NCBI GenBank assembly: GCA_030626025.1
Contig: DAOUPT010000002.1
Location: forward strand, 45,118-69,117
Length of the DNA stretch: 24,000 nucleotides
Origin: Anderseniella sp.
GTDB lineage: Bacteria; Pseudomonadota; Alphaproteobacteria; Rhizobiales; Aestuariivirgaceae
Direction of reading: 5' to 3'
Shown: positions 23,978 through 24,000 of the stretch, in pieces
Layout: the number at the start of each line of letters is the position of its first letter
Numbering within the stretch: position 1 is the stretch's first letter
Translations under genes and position numbers: made by a program
The notes under the pieces: generated by a model
Databases searched by the model: none
What the model was told of the DNA's origin: nothing
What the model saw: the letters and a program-made list of their open reading frames with translations, nothing else

Positions 23978-24000
23978 ACCCTTTTTCTTTTGTGAAGCCT

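Overview
This window looks like an alphaproteobacterial chromosomal segment. The evidence is a DUF1013/TrcR-type gene plus Ccr and Ecm of the ethylmalonyl-CoA pathway, both closely resembling the Rhodobacter enzymes as I remember them. I saw no rRNA, tRNA, CRISPR array, transposase or integrase.

Contents from left to right:
- A quaternary-amine-type ABC importer on the minus strand, ordered SBP, ATPase, tandem-fused permease. The permease runs off the left edge and is absent from the ORF track.
- A divergent DeoR regulator, then a DUF1013 gene.
- A co-directional minus-strand run of an SDR, an orphan two-domain Fe(III)-type ABC permease, an alpha/beta hydrolase and an EamA transporter.
- A YihY/BrkB gene whose conserved N-terminus is out of frame at a T6 tract.
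- A TetR-centred divergent module (DUF1348 + PNPOx-like on one side, TetR + EamA on the other) with a repeated GATC-centred operator candidate.
- A three-gene operon of Sec-signal proteins (13943-16455) that I cannot place in any family. The 543-aa middle protein combines a Lys-rich helical region, a K/P/E-rich linker, an 8-Cys domain and a 45-aa YD-like tandem repeat. This is my best candidate for an undescribed system.
- Divergent ccr and ecm, separated by a long 655-bp spacer that holds a small membrane ORF.
- A low-GC AraC-PEBP pair.
- A LemA-TPM pair with atypical extensions.

All family calls come from motif recognition by eye. No database search was run.
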